In this document: positions 1 through 13,000 of the stretch, one piece after another
Layout of the letters: every line of letters starts with the position of its first letter
How positions within the stretch are numbered: the stretch's first letter is position 1
DNA from: Mobula hypostoma
Lineage: Eukaryota
Direction of reading: 5' to 3'
NCBI RefSeq assembly: GCF_963921235.1
Contig: NC_086108.1
Span: 79,114,001 to 79,178,000 of the forward strand
Length of the DNA: 64,000 nucleotides
Position numbers and translations under genes: made by a program
Notes under the pieces: generated by a model
Database searches by the model: none
The model's input: only the letters and a program-made list of their open reading frames with translations
What the model was told of the DNA's origin: nothing

Positions 1-163
1 TTGATTACTGCCAGATGACAAGAGATGAGATTCACATAGTCTTGGTCACTGAGACATATTTCTGTTTTTTATTTAATTTGATAAGATTTCCACGTGGCAC
101 ATGCAAATCGTGATTTTTTGTTTTGTTCCTGTCTGCTAACTTCATCTTGTTTCATTTTGGCAG

Positions 164-278
164 GTATTTTTTATTCTGAGGAAAAAGCACAATCAAGTTA
201 CATTTCTTCACATCTACCACCACGGCACGATGATTTTCAATTGGTGGGCAGGAGTGAAATACGTACCAGGGGGACAGT
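164..278 (+). CDS. elovl8: Fatty acid elongase (ELOVL4/ELOVL8-like), internal coding exon with histidine box
   Basis: Branch-like CTGCTAAC (133-140), pyrimidine tract and CAG acceptor (161-163). Translates [38 protein letters not shown], then GTAAGT donor at 279. HxxHH is the ELO family signature. The family call is firm. The elovl8 symbol rests on my recall of the [16 protein letters not shown] motif and is less sure. Confidence 0.9.
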
Positions 279-603
279 GTAAGTATTCAGATAGTGGAGA
301 AAAATGCAAACTTTGCGTGAAATAATCAGTCATTGATATGTAATGTCAAACCTTAGAAGGCAGGTTGCAGTTCGTCAATTAGCAAATGATTGGTAAGTAA
401 ACTATTTTGGTTTTCTTTAAGGTGGGTAATATTCTGGTCTGTAAAATTGTGATCATACTGTTGCTGCTTTATAAATGCCCATCTATTACATCATCCACTA
501 TGTGGAATTTATTTTGATCAACTCTCTGGAAAAGTGGAACCTTGCAGTGCAGAAAGGGCCATTTGCCCATTGTTCTGTGTTGGCTCTTTAAGATAGATAT
601 GCA

Positions 604-3600
604 GGGGGGTAAGAAAGGTTAAAATTGGAGGAATATTAGTTGGGAATAGTAACATTAATTTTGTCTATATATATATATAATTTTTTTTTGTTGTGGGGGA
701 GCTGGAAGAAGCACTGACCAATTGCTACGCTATTCATGTGTGCAAGCGTGGCTTTAGCCACGACCCGTAAAATGGAGGGGGGTAGTGTTGTGTATCTTTT
801 CATTCACAACATTAGTGGGGGGGTATTTTGTTTTTTCTTTTTTTGTATCCTTTCTATCTTTTTTTTTTCTTTTTGCCTGGAGGGTTGGGGGGGAAACACA
901 TAGCAACATGGTGAAGTTCAAAGAGATTCCCCAAGGAACTATGAGAGTTGAGAAGATACTTAATGTTTTAGATTGGAGTAACTTTGTTAAGAATAATGAC
1001 TAATTTATAGAATTTTTTGAGTTTTAATGTTAACGGGCTTAATGGACAAGTGAAAAGAAAAAGAATCTTAACACATATTAAAAAAATGAAGATAGATTTA
1101 GCTTTTTTACAGGAAACGCACCTAACAGAAGCAGAACATCAGAAACTAAAGAGAGATTGGGTGGGTAGTGTTGTTGCGGCTTCATTTAATTCAAAAGCGA
1201 GGGGAGTAGCAATTTTGAATAATAAAACGTTACCAATTAGAATACAAAATGTAATAACTGATTCTGTGGGGAGATATGTGATTATACATTGTCAACTTTT
1301 CTCTGAACTATGGACTTTTATGAATATTTATGCACCAAACGAAAATGATGCAAAATTCATACAAGAAGCTTTTTTGAATTTGGCGGATGCACATGAAAAA
1401 ATATTAATTGGAGGAGACTTTAATTTTTGCTTAGACCCAGTCTTAGATAGATCAACCAAGGCTGTTATAAAATCGAAGGTAGTAAATCTAACTTCATCAT
1501 TGATGAAAGATTTAAATTTGATTGATATATGGAGAAGAATCAATCCTAAAGAAAGAGACTATTCGTTCTATTCTCATAGACATAAAACTTATTCAAGGAT
1601 AGATTTTTTCCTATTATCAATGCATATTCAACACAGAGTGAAAAATATGGAATATAAAGCAAGAATATTATCAGATCATTCTCCCTTATTAATGACAATA
1701 ATAATGGCTGATAAGGAAGAAGTGGCTTATAGATGGCAATTTAATTCAACATTATTAAAACGTCAAGATTTTTGTGATTTTATGAAAAAGCAGATTCAAT
1801 TTTTTTTGGATACAAATTTTCATTCAGTGGATGATAAATTTATATTATGGGATGCGATGAAAGCATATCTTAGGGGCCAGATAATAAGTTATACGTCTAA
1901 AATTAAGAAAGAATATATGGCAGAACTAGATCAATTGGAAAAAGAGATTACAAAATTAGAAAAAGAATCTCAAAGATATATGTCAGAAGAAAAACGAAGG
2001 CAACTTGTCAATAAGAAGTTACAATATAATACGCTTCAGACATATAGAATGGAAAAAGCAATTATGAGAACTAAGCAAAGGTATTATGAGTTAGGTGAGA
2101 GAGCACATAAAATTCTTGCCTGGCAGTTGAAAACAGAACAAGCTTCCAAAACAATAAATGCAATTAGAACAAGGGCAAATAAAATATCTTATAAACCTCT
2201 TGAAATAAATGAAACCGTTAAAAGTTTCTATTCTGAATTATATCAATCAGAATCACAAAATGATGTTAATGAGATAGAAAGGTTTTTATCACAAGTATCT
2301 CTTCCAAAATTGAATTTGGAAGAACAGGAGGGATTAGATATGCCTTTTACATTAAAAGAAGTTGAAGAAGCTTTAGGATCACTCCAAGGTAATAAATCTC
2401 CAGGAGAAGATGGTTTTCCACCTGAATTTTATAAAAAATTTAAAGGATTATTATTTCCTTTCTTTATGGAACTAATACGTCAAGCAGAAAAAACACATAA
2501 ACTCCCAGAATCTTTTTCAACAGCGATTGTAATAGTATTGCCAAAAAAAGACTGAGACCCTATGAAACCAACATCATATAGGCCTATTTCTCTATTGAAT
2601 ACAGATTACAAAATAATAGCAAAAATTTTATCGAATAGCTTATCTAAATATTTACCAAAATTAATACATATGGATCAAACAGGATTTATTAAAAATAGAC
2701 AATTGGCAGATAATGTAACCCGGCTACTCAGTATAATTCATTTGGCACAAAAAAGGGACAAGAAGAGTATAGTAGTAGCCTTGGATGCAGAAAAAGCATT
2801 TGATAGATTAGAATGGGATTTTTTATTTAAAGTATTAGAAAAATATGGGTTAGGAACATCTTTTATAAATTGGATTAAAACTTTAAATTCTAACCCTAAG
2901 GCTAAAGTAGTGACAAACTCTCAAATTTCAACACCATTCCAGTTAAAAAGGTCAACTAGACAAGGTTGTCCATTTATCACCTGCTTTATTTGTACTGGCG
3001 ATAGAGCCATTAGCAGAACTAATCAGAATTGATCCAGATATTATGGGTTTTAGAGTTAGTCAGGAGGAATATAAAATTATAATCTTTTTGCCGATGATGT
3101 TTTGATCTACTTAACAAACCCACAACATTCGTTACAATTATCTTCTAGATTGGATGAATATGGGAAGGTATCAGGTTACAAAATAAATTGGGATAAAAGT
3201 GAAATTTTACCTCTTACTGAAGGAAACTATAGTCAATGTCGATTAGTAACCCAATTTAGATGGCCGGTAAATGGTATAAAGCATTTAGGTATAAGACTTG
3301 ATAATGATGTAAAGAATTTATATAAATTTAATTATTTACCACTATTGAAAAAAATTCAAGAAGATTTTGACAAATGGATGATACTACCAATAACATTAGT
3401 AGGTAGAGTCAATGTTGTAAAAATGAATATATTTCCTAGATTACAGTATTTGTTTCAAACATTACCAATACAATTGCCACAGAAATTTTTTCAAGAGTTA
3501 AATAAATCTGTGAGAAAATTTCTTTGGAAAGGTAAAATGTCAAGAATATCATTGGAAAAACTGACATGTAAATTTAGGTTAGGAGGGTTACAACTTCCTA

Positions 3601-3683
3601 ATGTTAAGGGGAGTGGGGATGGTAGATTTTATCTTTTCATGTATTCTTTTTGAAAACTCAATAAAAATTATATTATTAAAAAA
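604..3683 (+). mobile_element. L1-clade LINE, 5'-truncated and internally deleted; ORF2 (APE endonuclease + RT) pseudogene
   Basis: ORFs 1017-2555, 2562-3032 and 3102-3653 carry LQETH, GGDFN, SDHSP, YRPISLLN, LDAEKAFD, RQGCP and LFADD (3084-3098). In-frame TGA at 2553 and a frameshift near 2970. AATAAA plus A-tail at the 3' end. TSD ATAGATATGCA at 593-603 and 3684-3694. Confidence 0.95.
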
Positions 3684-3737
3684 ATAGATATGCAATATGA
3701 AAGGTTCTGTGTGAGATAATGGAGTCAATGAAATGCA

Positions 3738-6700
3738 GCACAGAAAATGGCATTTTGGCCCAATGAGTCTGTGCCAACCATTACTACCCATTTACACTAA
3801 TCCCTCATTGATTTCTTTTTTTTAATTTAATTTTTTTTTTATTTGGATAGGGAGTTCACAATTATCATGTACTTTTTTCACACATATAACCTTTTCCATT
3901 TTTTTATATGTATAAAACTACAATTATTTATACATTCTTAAGTACACATTGAGATGATATAAAAGCAAAATAAACATTTAAATAGATAATTATGTACTGT
4001 GGTAAATCTAACCTATTAGGCTAAGTAATGAAATTAGTTGTTAAGAAAAATGGTAATAATAGTTTCCATACAACCCCTCTGGACCATTTCCACTGGTCCA
4101 AAATGTTGCATACAAGCCAATATACCAACCATTGTAGGTGTTTATATCCCAATTTGTTCGTGTTTGTTCCTGCCCACAGACATAATTATCCAATCCCTAT
4201 GTACTTATTTACTTAATTTTTTCATTTTTTTTTATCCCTTTCCCAAATCTTTCCCTTTACTTGTGTTAATTCTCTATTTTCCAAAAAAAAACAACAAACA
4301 TTTAGACTAGGGGTGCTTACGTTAGCAATATTACTGTGTTGATGAGAAGAGCAATATAAATCATTAGGAGAGTCATCTAAAGTCTGCTTGCATTGGGGTT
4401 ATATATTCAATGTTCTCTCCAAGTCAAAGAATTAGTTGAGGACCATTGAAAGCTGCAGATTTTCCCCCAAGCCTCCTCTGAAAGTACCAACCCCGCTTCT
4501 TTCTCCCACTTCTCTTTAATATACAGTGTATTTACATTTTTAGCATGAGAGAGTGCATTATATAGGCGAGAAACTGATTTACTAGGTATTGAACTGCAAG
4601 CCGAATTCAGAATCTTGAAAAATTCTAATTCTACTGTTGATAGGTCTGTATATCTACAACTCTGGTTAACATAGTTTTGTATTTGAGGGTACCTAAAAAA
4701 GTCATTATGTTCTAGGCCATGTTTGTCCTGCAGGATTTGGAAACTTTGTAATACTCTTTTATCTATAAATGAGAGGTAGGTTGTAAGACCTTTCTTTATC
4801 CATAGCTCAAATCTTTTATCTCCTCTGTTGGGAAGGAATTCGGTATCATATGCACACCATCTAAAGAGTTTTAGCATGTTATTAATTCCACATGAATTAA
4901 CCACATTCTGCCATACTTTTAATGTAAGATTTATCCAAGCATTATTAAATTTTTCCAACTGGGCCATCAATCCTTTGTCAGCTATTGAGGCCTGAAGAGG
5001 AAAACTGTCAACTAATCCAAATTCTATTTCCTTCCATCTAGCCTTATATTACCTATTACACCAATATAACAGAGGGGTTATCTGTGAGGCATAAAAATAA
5101 TTTCTCAGGCAAGGAAGAACCATACCTCCTCTTTCCTTCCCTAACTGTAAGGTGTTATATCGAATTCTAGGTTTCCTTCCTTGCCAAATGAAGCGGGAAA
5201 TCCATTTGTCCCATTCCCTGAATTGATTATCATCCACCTCCACTGGTAAAGTACGGAAAAGATATAATAACCGAGGAAGAATATTCATTTTTATAGTATT
5301 TATCCTTGAATTTAAACTTAAAAAGGGGATAAGATTCCATCTATGCATATCTGCTTTTATCTCTGAGATTAATGGCCCATAATTTACCTGTGACAGTGTT
5401 GAAAGATCCTTCGGCAGGGTTATTCCTAAATATTTTAATGATTTAGCTTCCCACTTAAGATCGTATGTATCCTGCAATTTTTTGGATGGTGTATAATTTA
5501 GGGACATAACCTGCGTTTTCTTTACATTTATTTTATAACCTGATATTTTCCCAAAGTCATCCAACAGTGTAAACAATCCTATAAATGATTTTTCTGGTTC
5601 ACTCAGATAAACCAAAACATCATCTGCGAATAACGCCACTTTCTGTTCAATCCCTGCCACCTTGATACCTTTTACGATTTCGCTCTGTCTTATTAGTTGG
5701 GCAAGTGGTTCAATATATAGCGCAAAAAGGAGAGGAGAAATTGGGCATCCCTGTCTAGTGCCTCTCTCTAAAATGAAGGAGTCAGAGAGGTCCCCATTTA
5801 TCTTAATTCGGGCTGTTGGGCTGTCATACAGAGTCTGAATTACTTTAATAAACCTTTCTTGAAAGCCGAATCTTCCTAACACTCTGTATAGGAATGCCCA
5901 ACTAACCGAATCAAAAGCTTTCTCAGCGTCCAATCCTACTACCATTGTCTCTGTCTTGTTCTTATTAACCTGTTCTAATATGTGCAGAGTTCTCCTTATG
6001 TTGTCCTGTGTTTGTCTTTGTTGAATAAATCCAGTCTGGTCTAAATGGATTAGGCCAGGTAAAAGCTTTTCCAATCTGCGCGCTAATATAGATGTAAATA
6101 GTTTGTAATCTAAATTAAGAACACTAATTGGCCGATAATTGCCACATTCTAGTTTATCTTTACCCTCTTTAGGAATAACTGAAATAATCGCTTCTCTCCA
6201 GGAAGGTGGAGTTTCTCCTCTCTGCAAGATCCAATTAAAGGTGTTAAGTAGTAATGGGGCTAACTGTGTCTTCAGGGACTTGTACCACTCTGAGGTAAAC
6301 CCATCAGAACCCGGGGACTTTCCAGCCTTTAACCTAGAGATGGCCACGTTCAGTTCTTTGACAGTTACTGGTTCTAATAAACTTTCATTTTGTAAATCTC
6401 TAAGTTTAGGTAGATCTAAAAAATTCAATACACTGTCTATATAGGGCTCATTGGGGGCCCGGGGTTGGGAGTACAGCTCTCGATAATACGTTTCAAAACT
6501 CTCTTGAATTTTCCCTATTGTACTCTCCACAAGCTTTGTCTTTGGATTCTTTATTTTATGAATTGTATTGTCTGCTTGTTGTTTTCGTAATTTATATGCT
6601 AATAATCTAGCTGATTTACCTCCTACTTCATAATTCTTTTGTCTCAGGTAAAGAAAATTTCTTTGAGTTTCCAACATATAAATATCATCAATTTCCCTCA

Positions 6701-6830
6701 TTGATTTCATGTTTATTTTCCCCATATTCTCATCAATTCCTCCAATTCTACCACTCAGCCTACATTCTAGGGGCATCTTACAGTGGCTACATAACCTGCA
6801 TGCCTTTGAAATGTGGGTCTTGTAGCAGAG
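3738..6830 (-). mobile_element. Old SINE-like repeat (V-SINE-like) split by the second L1; pieces ~3738-3815 and ~6709-6830
   Basis: Joining across the TSD gives ...ggcccaatgagtctgtgccaacc...tttacactaatccc...ctaccactcagcctacattctaggggcatcttacagtggc...acctgcatgcctttgaaatgtggg. This resembles the reverse complement of the SINEs at 45743 and 57980. Confidence 0.55.
3816..6693 (-). mobile_element. Second L1-clade LINE (different family), 5'-truncated, RT domain still open
   Basis: ORF 5049-6776 contains YRPISVLN, LDAEKAFD, RQGCPISPLLF and LFADD, with ORF 4407-4970 downstream. T-tract (poly-A on -) at 3816-3840. TSD TCCCTCATTGATTTC at 3801-3815 and 6694-6708. The first ~28 residues of the track ORF come from flanking DNA. 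Confidence 0.95.
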
Positions 6831-6981
6831 AAAGCTGTTTGGCTGTCATCTTTGTTTCATCTTTCTAAACGATTAGAATAGTGAGCGAAATCAGTAATTC
6901 TTTACATATAACTAGACTTTGATCTTATTATGTAGAATATGTAACTAATAGTCTTTAATCTATGTTCTTTGTCTTTTTCAG

Positions 6982-7109
6982 CCTTCTTCATCGGCTTGTT
7001 GAACTCCTTTGTACACATTGTGATGTACCTGTACTATGGAATTGCTGCTATGGGGCCACACATGCGCAAGTACCTGTGGTGGAAGCGCTATCTCACAATG
7101 CTTCAGCTG
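6982..7109 (+). CDS. elovl8: Fatty acid elongase, penultimate coding exon (128 nt)
   Basis: TCTTTTTCAG acceptor. Phase-1 join to the previous exon (T+CC=Ser) gives [43 protein letters not shown], containing the ELOVL NxxxHxxMYxYY and TxxQ motifs. GTATGT donor at 7110. Confidence 0.92.
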
Positions 7110-7486
7110 GTATGTTGGTAACTTAGTCATTCATTATGTAGATTTCAAAATGGTGGAGGAGCACATAAAATTCTGAGTTGGACATAAAAGTGAGATTTAA
7201 TATACCTGGATATTTGATCCACTCATAATCTTCTCTTTGGGATATACTTGTGCTCTTCTGTTGGGGTATCTCAGAAATTCATTGCGTCTTGCATGCTTCG
7301 CTGCAGGTGTAGCTTTCTGATTTCTGCTGGGCTTGGGTTTGGGTCTTCACTATAGTACTGATGTTGCTGCCTTCTCTTTCAAGACAGTGCTGACAATTAG
7401 GGCCAGATCTGCAGTCTATACCTATGCTAAAGGGAAAGATCTCCTTATAAACACATGAAATTCAACAAATCCTGTAGTCTTGAGTA

Positions 7487-7580
7487 ACATACACAGTGCT
7501 CGAAGAATTCAGCAAGTTAGGCAGCGTCTGTAGAGGAGAATAAACAGTTAATGTTTTGGGCCAAAACCCTTAATCAGGGC
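7487..7580 (-). mobile_element. Degenerate Penelope-like terminal repeat in the last elongase intron
   Basis: acatacacagtgctcgaagaattcagcaagttaggcagcgtct...cagttaatgttttgggccaaaacccttaatcagg matches the repeat at 48750-48852. Confidence 0.7.
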
Positions 7581-8024
7581 ACTTTATAATGTGTTAAGGG
7601 TGGAGTTGTATGTGCGTAACTGAAGTTAAGAAAGGTAGATTGAATTGAGATGAAAGGCGAAAATAACATTTTGTGGAGTTCTTTGTGCTCTGGAATCTCA
7701 AAGTTGGCTTAGTATATTGGATGGACTGTAAGAGAAATATTCGAGGGTAGATGTCCTTGCTGTTCAGCATGCAGTGGAACATTACAACACTTGGTAATGG
7801 ATGAAATTTGGGAAGAAGAATCAAACTGTTAGTGTTGTATAGCTTTTGCTGAGTATCCGCACATGAGAGAAAGGGAGATGCTGGAATGCTTCTAATCACA
7901 TTAAGCTTCTCTTTACCATTAACAAATACCCAAAATGCCTGTTTTACATCATTACCAAGGAAAAGTAGGTTAATAGTTTAAATTTAATTCTGTATAAATG
8001 ACGTGTTCCATTTTGTTTTTTTAG

Positions 8025-8192
8025 CTCCAGTTTTATGGTATCGCCGTGCACACTGCCTATAATCTCTTCACAGACTGCGATTTCCCAGATGGGTTTAACC
8101 TTTTCGTCTTCATCTACATCATCACTATTATTATTTTGTTCACCAACTTTTATTATAAAACCTACATCCAGACAAAGACAAAAATACGATAA
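8025..8192 (+). CDS. elovl8: Fatty acid elongase, last coding exon with stop
   Basis: T-tract and TAG acceptor. Phase 0: LQFYGIAVHTAYNLFTDCDFPDGFNLFVFIYIITIIILFTNFYYKTYIQTKTKIR*, with TAA at 8190-8192. Has the LFxNFY motif and a C-terminal KxKxx ER-retrieval signal. Confidence 0.9.
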   Translation, partial: LQFYGIAVHTAYNLFTDCDFPDGFNLFVFIYIITIIILFTNFYYKTYIQTKTKIR

Positions 8193-11100
8193 ATCCTGCA
8201 GACTACCTTATAATTCCCTGAACTATCTGTTTAAAAAAATCCTTCTGTTAATTACAAATGTTTAATTTTTATCAGTGCGGGTGGTGTGGTAGAAAAAATT
8301 TTGTATTTTCTTATACATCCTTTATCTTTGCTGAAAATGGTCTTGTTGTTTATTTGCTGCTCCCATCCCTGCAATCAAAGATATTTGTCTATTATCTGGA
8401 TTTCCATTTTGCAAACTCACACACCTTATCGTTGGTAAGCATGTTATTTTTTTAAAACCTATGATTCAAACAAGTTTTTTTTTAAGAGAGCTGAATGGAA
8501 TTGGTGTTGCTGTATTGAGGCTCCCAGTTCCATGGAATCTGCTCTCTGCGTGGTCCATGGTGACTTTCCTGTACCAGGGACTGTTTTGCAGATGTCTCTG
8601 TATAAGCATTTAACTTGCTGCCTCTTTGCAGGTAGTTGCACTGAAAATGGCTCTGGTAATCCTTCTTAAAGCTAAATGAGGCATTTCATTTGGCCAACAC
8701 TGAATAATTAGAGTTCTGCTACAGCTGCCAGGTGATGTATTGAGTGAATTGCACTTCAACACTTTAATGCAAATCTATAATTTCTGCTGGTATTCATGTT
8801 ACTCATGCTAAATTTCATTAGTCTATTCAACTAGTGAGCACCCATCAACAGGAAACATCTTTGCTGTTCCTTCTCCAAATGCATGTGTTATAGATGCAAT
8901 TATAATGAAGTTTGGGTATTGATGAACTGCCTGTGCAACTCCTTTCTTTTTATTCATTGTCTTGTAATGTAGAATTCTCCTCTGATATAGTTTGAGGAAG
9001 CAAATAACAGCACAAAAGCAGGTTAATGCTGCAACAAATGATTTTATTATTTATATTATGGCTAAACCTTTCACAATTATTTGTGGCCAAGTTAAAAGAC
9101 CATCAGAAGCTGTGTGGCTGACCACTGCAACTGAAGATTTTGCCATTTGAATGGTCTTCTAATACAGAGCAAATGTGCCTTTTCAATGCAGAAGAATTTT
9201 TATAATTTCACCAAAAAAAACTGCCACAATCAAAAGTGGGTCTATTTTCCTATTTCTCTGTACCTTGCTAGAAAGGAATTTTTTGTATAAGAGGGAAAGT
9301 GGTGTTTTAGGAAAATACGGCTGTCTTTAATGATCATTTGTTATAATTTTCAAGTAAGCTAACATAGATGGTCAGTACATAATACATGAATATTGAATAT
9401 GATGAATTCTAATTTATGTGGGGATAAGCTTTCAGCCTGTATTGGGCTAAAGCACACATGCCTTTTGCACTGAGTTGCTTTTGTAACAATACTTTCAAAA
9501 ATGATCTTATTGCATACGTTTTTGAGAAGGAATAACCCTGAAATGATTTTTTGCTTTTGAATTTCAGTCGTGGATGAATATTAAAGTACCTACAGACTTT
9601 TAAGTACAGTGCTGCTACTTGGTTGAAGATCCTGTAGAAAATTACTTTTGGTTTTCTTGACTGAGATTGGCATTTGTGGTCCAGTAATATTCCATTCTTA
9701 ATAGTGTTATTAAGCAAAAAAGAAGTGATTTGCTGCCCACATGTGCAGGTGACCGTGGAACCTTTTGTGCTCTGTGGTAAAGATGATGCTGTGAAAATTC
9801 ATTCTACAGCTGATGAGCTATCCCATAAAACTGAGTGAAACTTATTTCCAGTTGAGTTCCTGCTCCTAAAGTAAAAATGTGTTCTATCTCTTTGTGATTC
9901 ATCTCCACTGAACATTGTGTTCTTAACTTTGAAAGTGTCAATAATGGAATAGTTTGCCTCGGGCCCTTGAGTATACACAAGATCAGTGCAAGAATGGAAG
10001 TTTTGTGCAAACAACCTCTTGCTTATCTGACTGCACCTTTAGCTTTGCGATTATTGGTGTGCTTTCTAACTGGTTAAGTATTATCCCTAAATTTATTATT
10101 TTTTGTTACCTTTGACAATATTTTCAGCATTGTTGTTTTTCTTGGCTCCAAGTCAAGCCTCAAATTCTGCTCTCACTAAGATCCCAGTTTTTGTTTTCTG
10201 TTATTAGGCTGGGACCTTTTCCTACTACTGTCCGTTGCTTTATCAGCACCTGGCTTCTGCTTTTCAGAGTGCTTAAATGGCTTGATATCTTTTCTGTTGT
10301 GCCTTGTTCTGCACATCCAGAGTTCTGTTGCTGCTTTAGCAAGTCTCTTCAAGTCATGGACCTTTGAAATTGGTAGAAGAATTAGACTGGAGGGTTTTTT
10401 TTTCCATCCTGCCTAAAATGGTGAAAGTGGGAGAAAACGTCACTTCATTTAGGAAGTACTTTGCCCTTGAAGAGCCATGAATTACAGGACTGGAAGGGGG
10501 AAATATGTAGGGTGTTTTTTTTGACTGACACGAACATAATAAAATAAGTACTGTAAGATCAGACAAAAGGATAGAATCCCACTTTCTGCTTTCTCGCCTG
10601 GCCTTATCAATTTATTTTGCTATTTACTTCCACCAATTGAAGTTGAAAACTATGTCTTCAGTGCTTTCATTATCTTCTAATTCCTGCATTATGTTTACCT
10701 GTCCTCAGGAGGAAATCAATGTAAGTACCAAGTAAGAATGAAGTTGAGATGGACTCGGTCACTTGTCTCTTCCCAATTGTTAAATGCCTCCTAAAGACAT
10801 TCAGTTGACAATCATATGCAAGTAGGGTGAAATGTGAGAAGACAGTTGATAGTTATTTCTCCCAAAAGAAAGGAAATATCAAAAATTCATTGAAACGGTC
10901 TTAAGTTTTCCTTAAATAGGCCTCTCCTCACCTTTGTCTGAATGTGTGTTAATGTACAGCAAAGATTGAGGAGCTTGCATGTGTTGTGAGGCCACATCTT
11001 ATCTTGAGGACTGTTAGAGTATGAGTGTGTTTCAAGGAGATATTTAGGCTACTAGATTCAAAGCTAAATTTTGTGACCTCATTGTTTAGTTTGTTTTTTG

Positions 11101-12794
11101 CCATACAATGTGCTAATGAAGGATTTTCCACAAGCCCTGAAATTGTTCTGCATCAGTTTTAAGCATAATACTTTTAATTATTGTACTGTCTTAGTAATAT
11201 AAGCAAGCATTTGCAAGTTTATTTCATGGAATTTAAAGTAATTGGTAAAAAAGAGATTAGGAAAATATTTTTCATTCTGAGAGTGGTAGTGATCTTGAAC
11301 TAATTTCCTGAAAGCGTGGTAGGGGTATAAACCCGGATTACATACAAAGGTCACTGGAGCACCTATTTGGTCCACTGCAATACGTTACATGGCTCTTCAA
11401 GTGGTAAAAGATGAGATTAAATTGAGGAGCTCATTTTTCCAACAGGCAGAGATCTCATTCTATGCTGTAATTTTTTTTTTTGATTTTGTGTTCATTTACT
11501 GGACCTTACTTTCAGAAATCTCTGTTAGTAGGAATAAGCTGAAAAAGCACAAAATCCTACAACATACTGTGGGTACCAAGTTCAAAGATGAAGACTACTA
11601 TTACAATGAAGGAGCTAATAACTTTATAGTTTTTAAACAGATTTTTGTTAAAAATATGGAGAGAGCAGTATGCCTGCCAAAAATTTTAAACCTATCTTGT
11701 AAAGTTGACTGACCTTGTCACCATTTGCAATATTTTTTGATCTGTTTAGAAGTCTAGCGATTCAATTTTATATCGATACGCTGGGTAGAAAATGTTTTGT
11801 AAGTTAACTCTCTAAAGTGATAGAAAGTGCTTTTATCTAGCAGATATGTAGTGGAAAATAAGTGTCCTATTTTTTGTTGCACATTTAGTGATGCACTTAC
11901 AGCACTGATGCACAGTGGGATGCCTTCTGAATGAATTAGGGCCTTATAATCCCAAAAAAGGAGCCTGGTCACGTTTATCAGCACTGTAATGTCTTTATAA
12001 TTAACCAGATTTCTGGTTGAATTGTCATTTGGTTTTCCTCTTTACTGCAATCTGCCTTTTCCCCCCATCTCTCTCCCCCAAAAAAACACAAGCAGAATAA
12101 TCCGTCCTCCTGCACTGCACAGTCTTGAGAGCTGACTTGCTACTGCTGATGCTCCTGAGGCGTCATGCTGCTTAATAGATTATTATGTCTGTGCACCACC
12201 TTACTGCGTTTTTAAGGTCATCCCTGATGAAGGACGTTTTAGATATTTGGCCTTGTGCAAGCTGACAAGCATGCATTATCACTTTAACCAAACATACCAT
12301 TCACCACTTGTGCTACTTAGAAATGGTATGCATTAAAGTTATTTTTGTTTACTGTAAGGGTTTCTGAAAGTCTGACGGAGAGGCAGAAGTACTTTTGAGC
12401 TCTGCTAGAATATGGAGCAAGGCCCGGAGTTCCAGCTGAAATAACTAAGCTGTTGTTCTGGGGGGTACAATATCCATTATGTTAGTCTTGCTGTGTTGTG
12501 CACCATGTGATAGATCATGCATAGATCTGTAACGGGTCACGAATTTGACATGCAACAATAGATAAGAAATGCCTGGAATTTGGAATGTTTGAGCAGCATT
12601 GAGCTTTTTGTACCCAAGAACAACATGTTGTATCATTGTTACAAATCCTCTGGAGTAATTTGATGGAAAGGGTAAAAATACAGAAACCACAGTTAATTTT
12701 AATAATTTACCAAAATGGAACAGTATTTTAAGATTTGTCAGTGTTACAAGTGTTTTCCAAAAACTTGTGTTGATTATTGCACTTGAAGAAATTA

Positions 12795-13000
12795 GACCAT
12801 AAAACATAGGAGCAGAATTAGGCTACCTGGCCCACTGGGTCTGCTCCACCATTCCATCAAGGCTGATTTATTTTGCCCCTCAACCCCGTTCTCCTGCTAT
12901 CTCCCTGTGACCTTTGTCCTGTCTAACCAAAAACCTCTCAGCCTCCACTTTAAATATACTCAGTCGTCTGTGGCAATGAATTCCACCATTTCACCATCCT
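12795..13000 (-). mobile_element. CR1 LINE 3'-end fragment
   Basis: gaccataaaacataggagcagaattaggc... matches the reverse-complement 3' tails of the RT-bearing CR1s at 15113, 19251 and 36335. Confidence 0.85.

Noticed and set aside
94..282. 62-aa ORF in the track
   Set aside because: Wrong frame over the real elongase exon (164-278). The same applies to ORF 8035-8265 over the last exon.
9409..10566. Cluster of minus-strand ORFs and a Lys/Arg-rich open stretch near 10180-10400
   Set aside because: No recognisable protein motif and no consistent splice chain. Better explained by the T-rich bias of the + strand downstream of the elongase stop.
12215..12240. CTGATGA box resembling a hammerhead or snoRNA C box
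   Set aside because: No helix II/GAAA partner and no matching D-box stem nearby.
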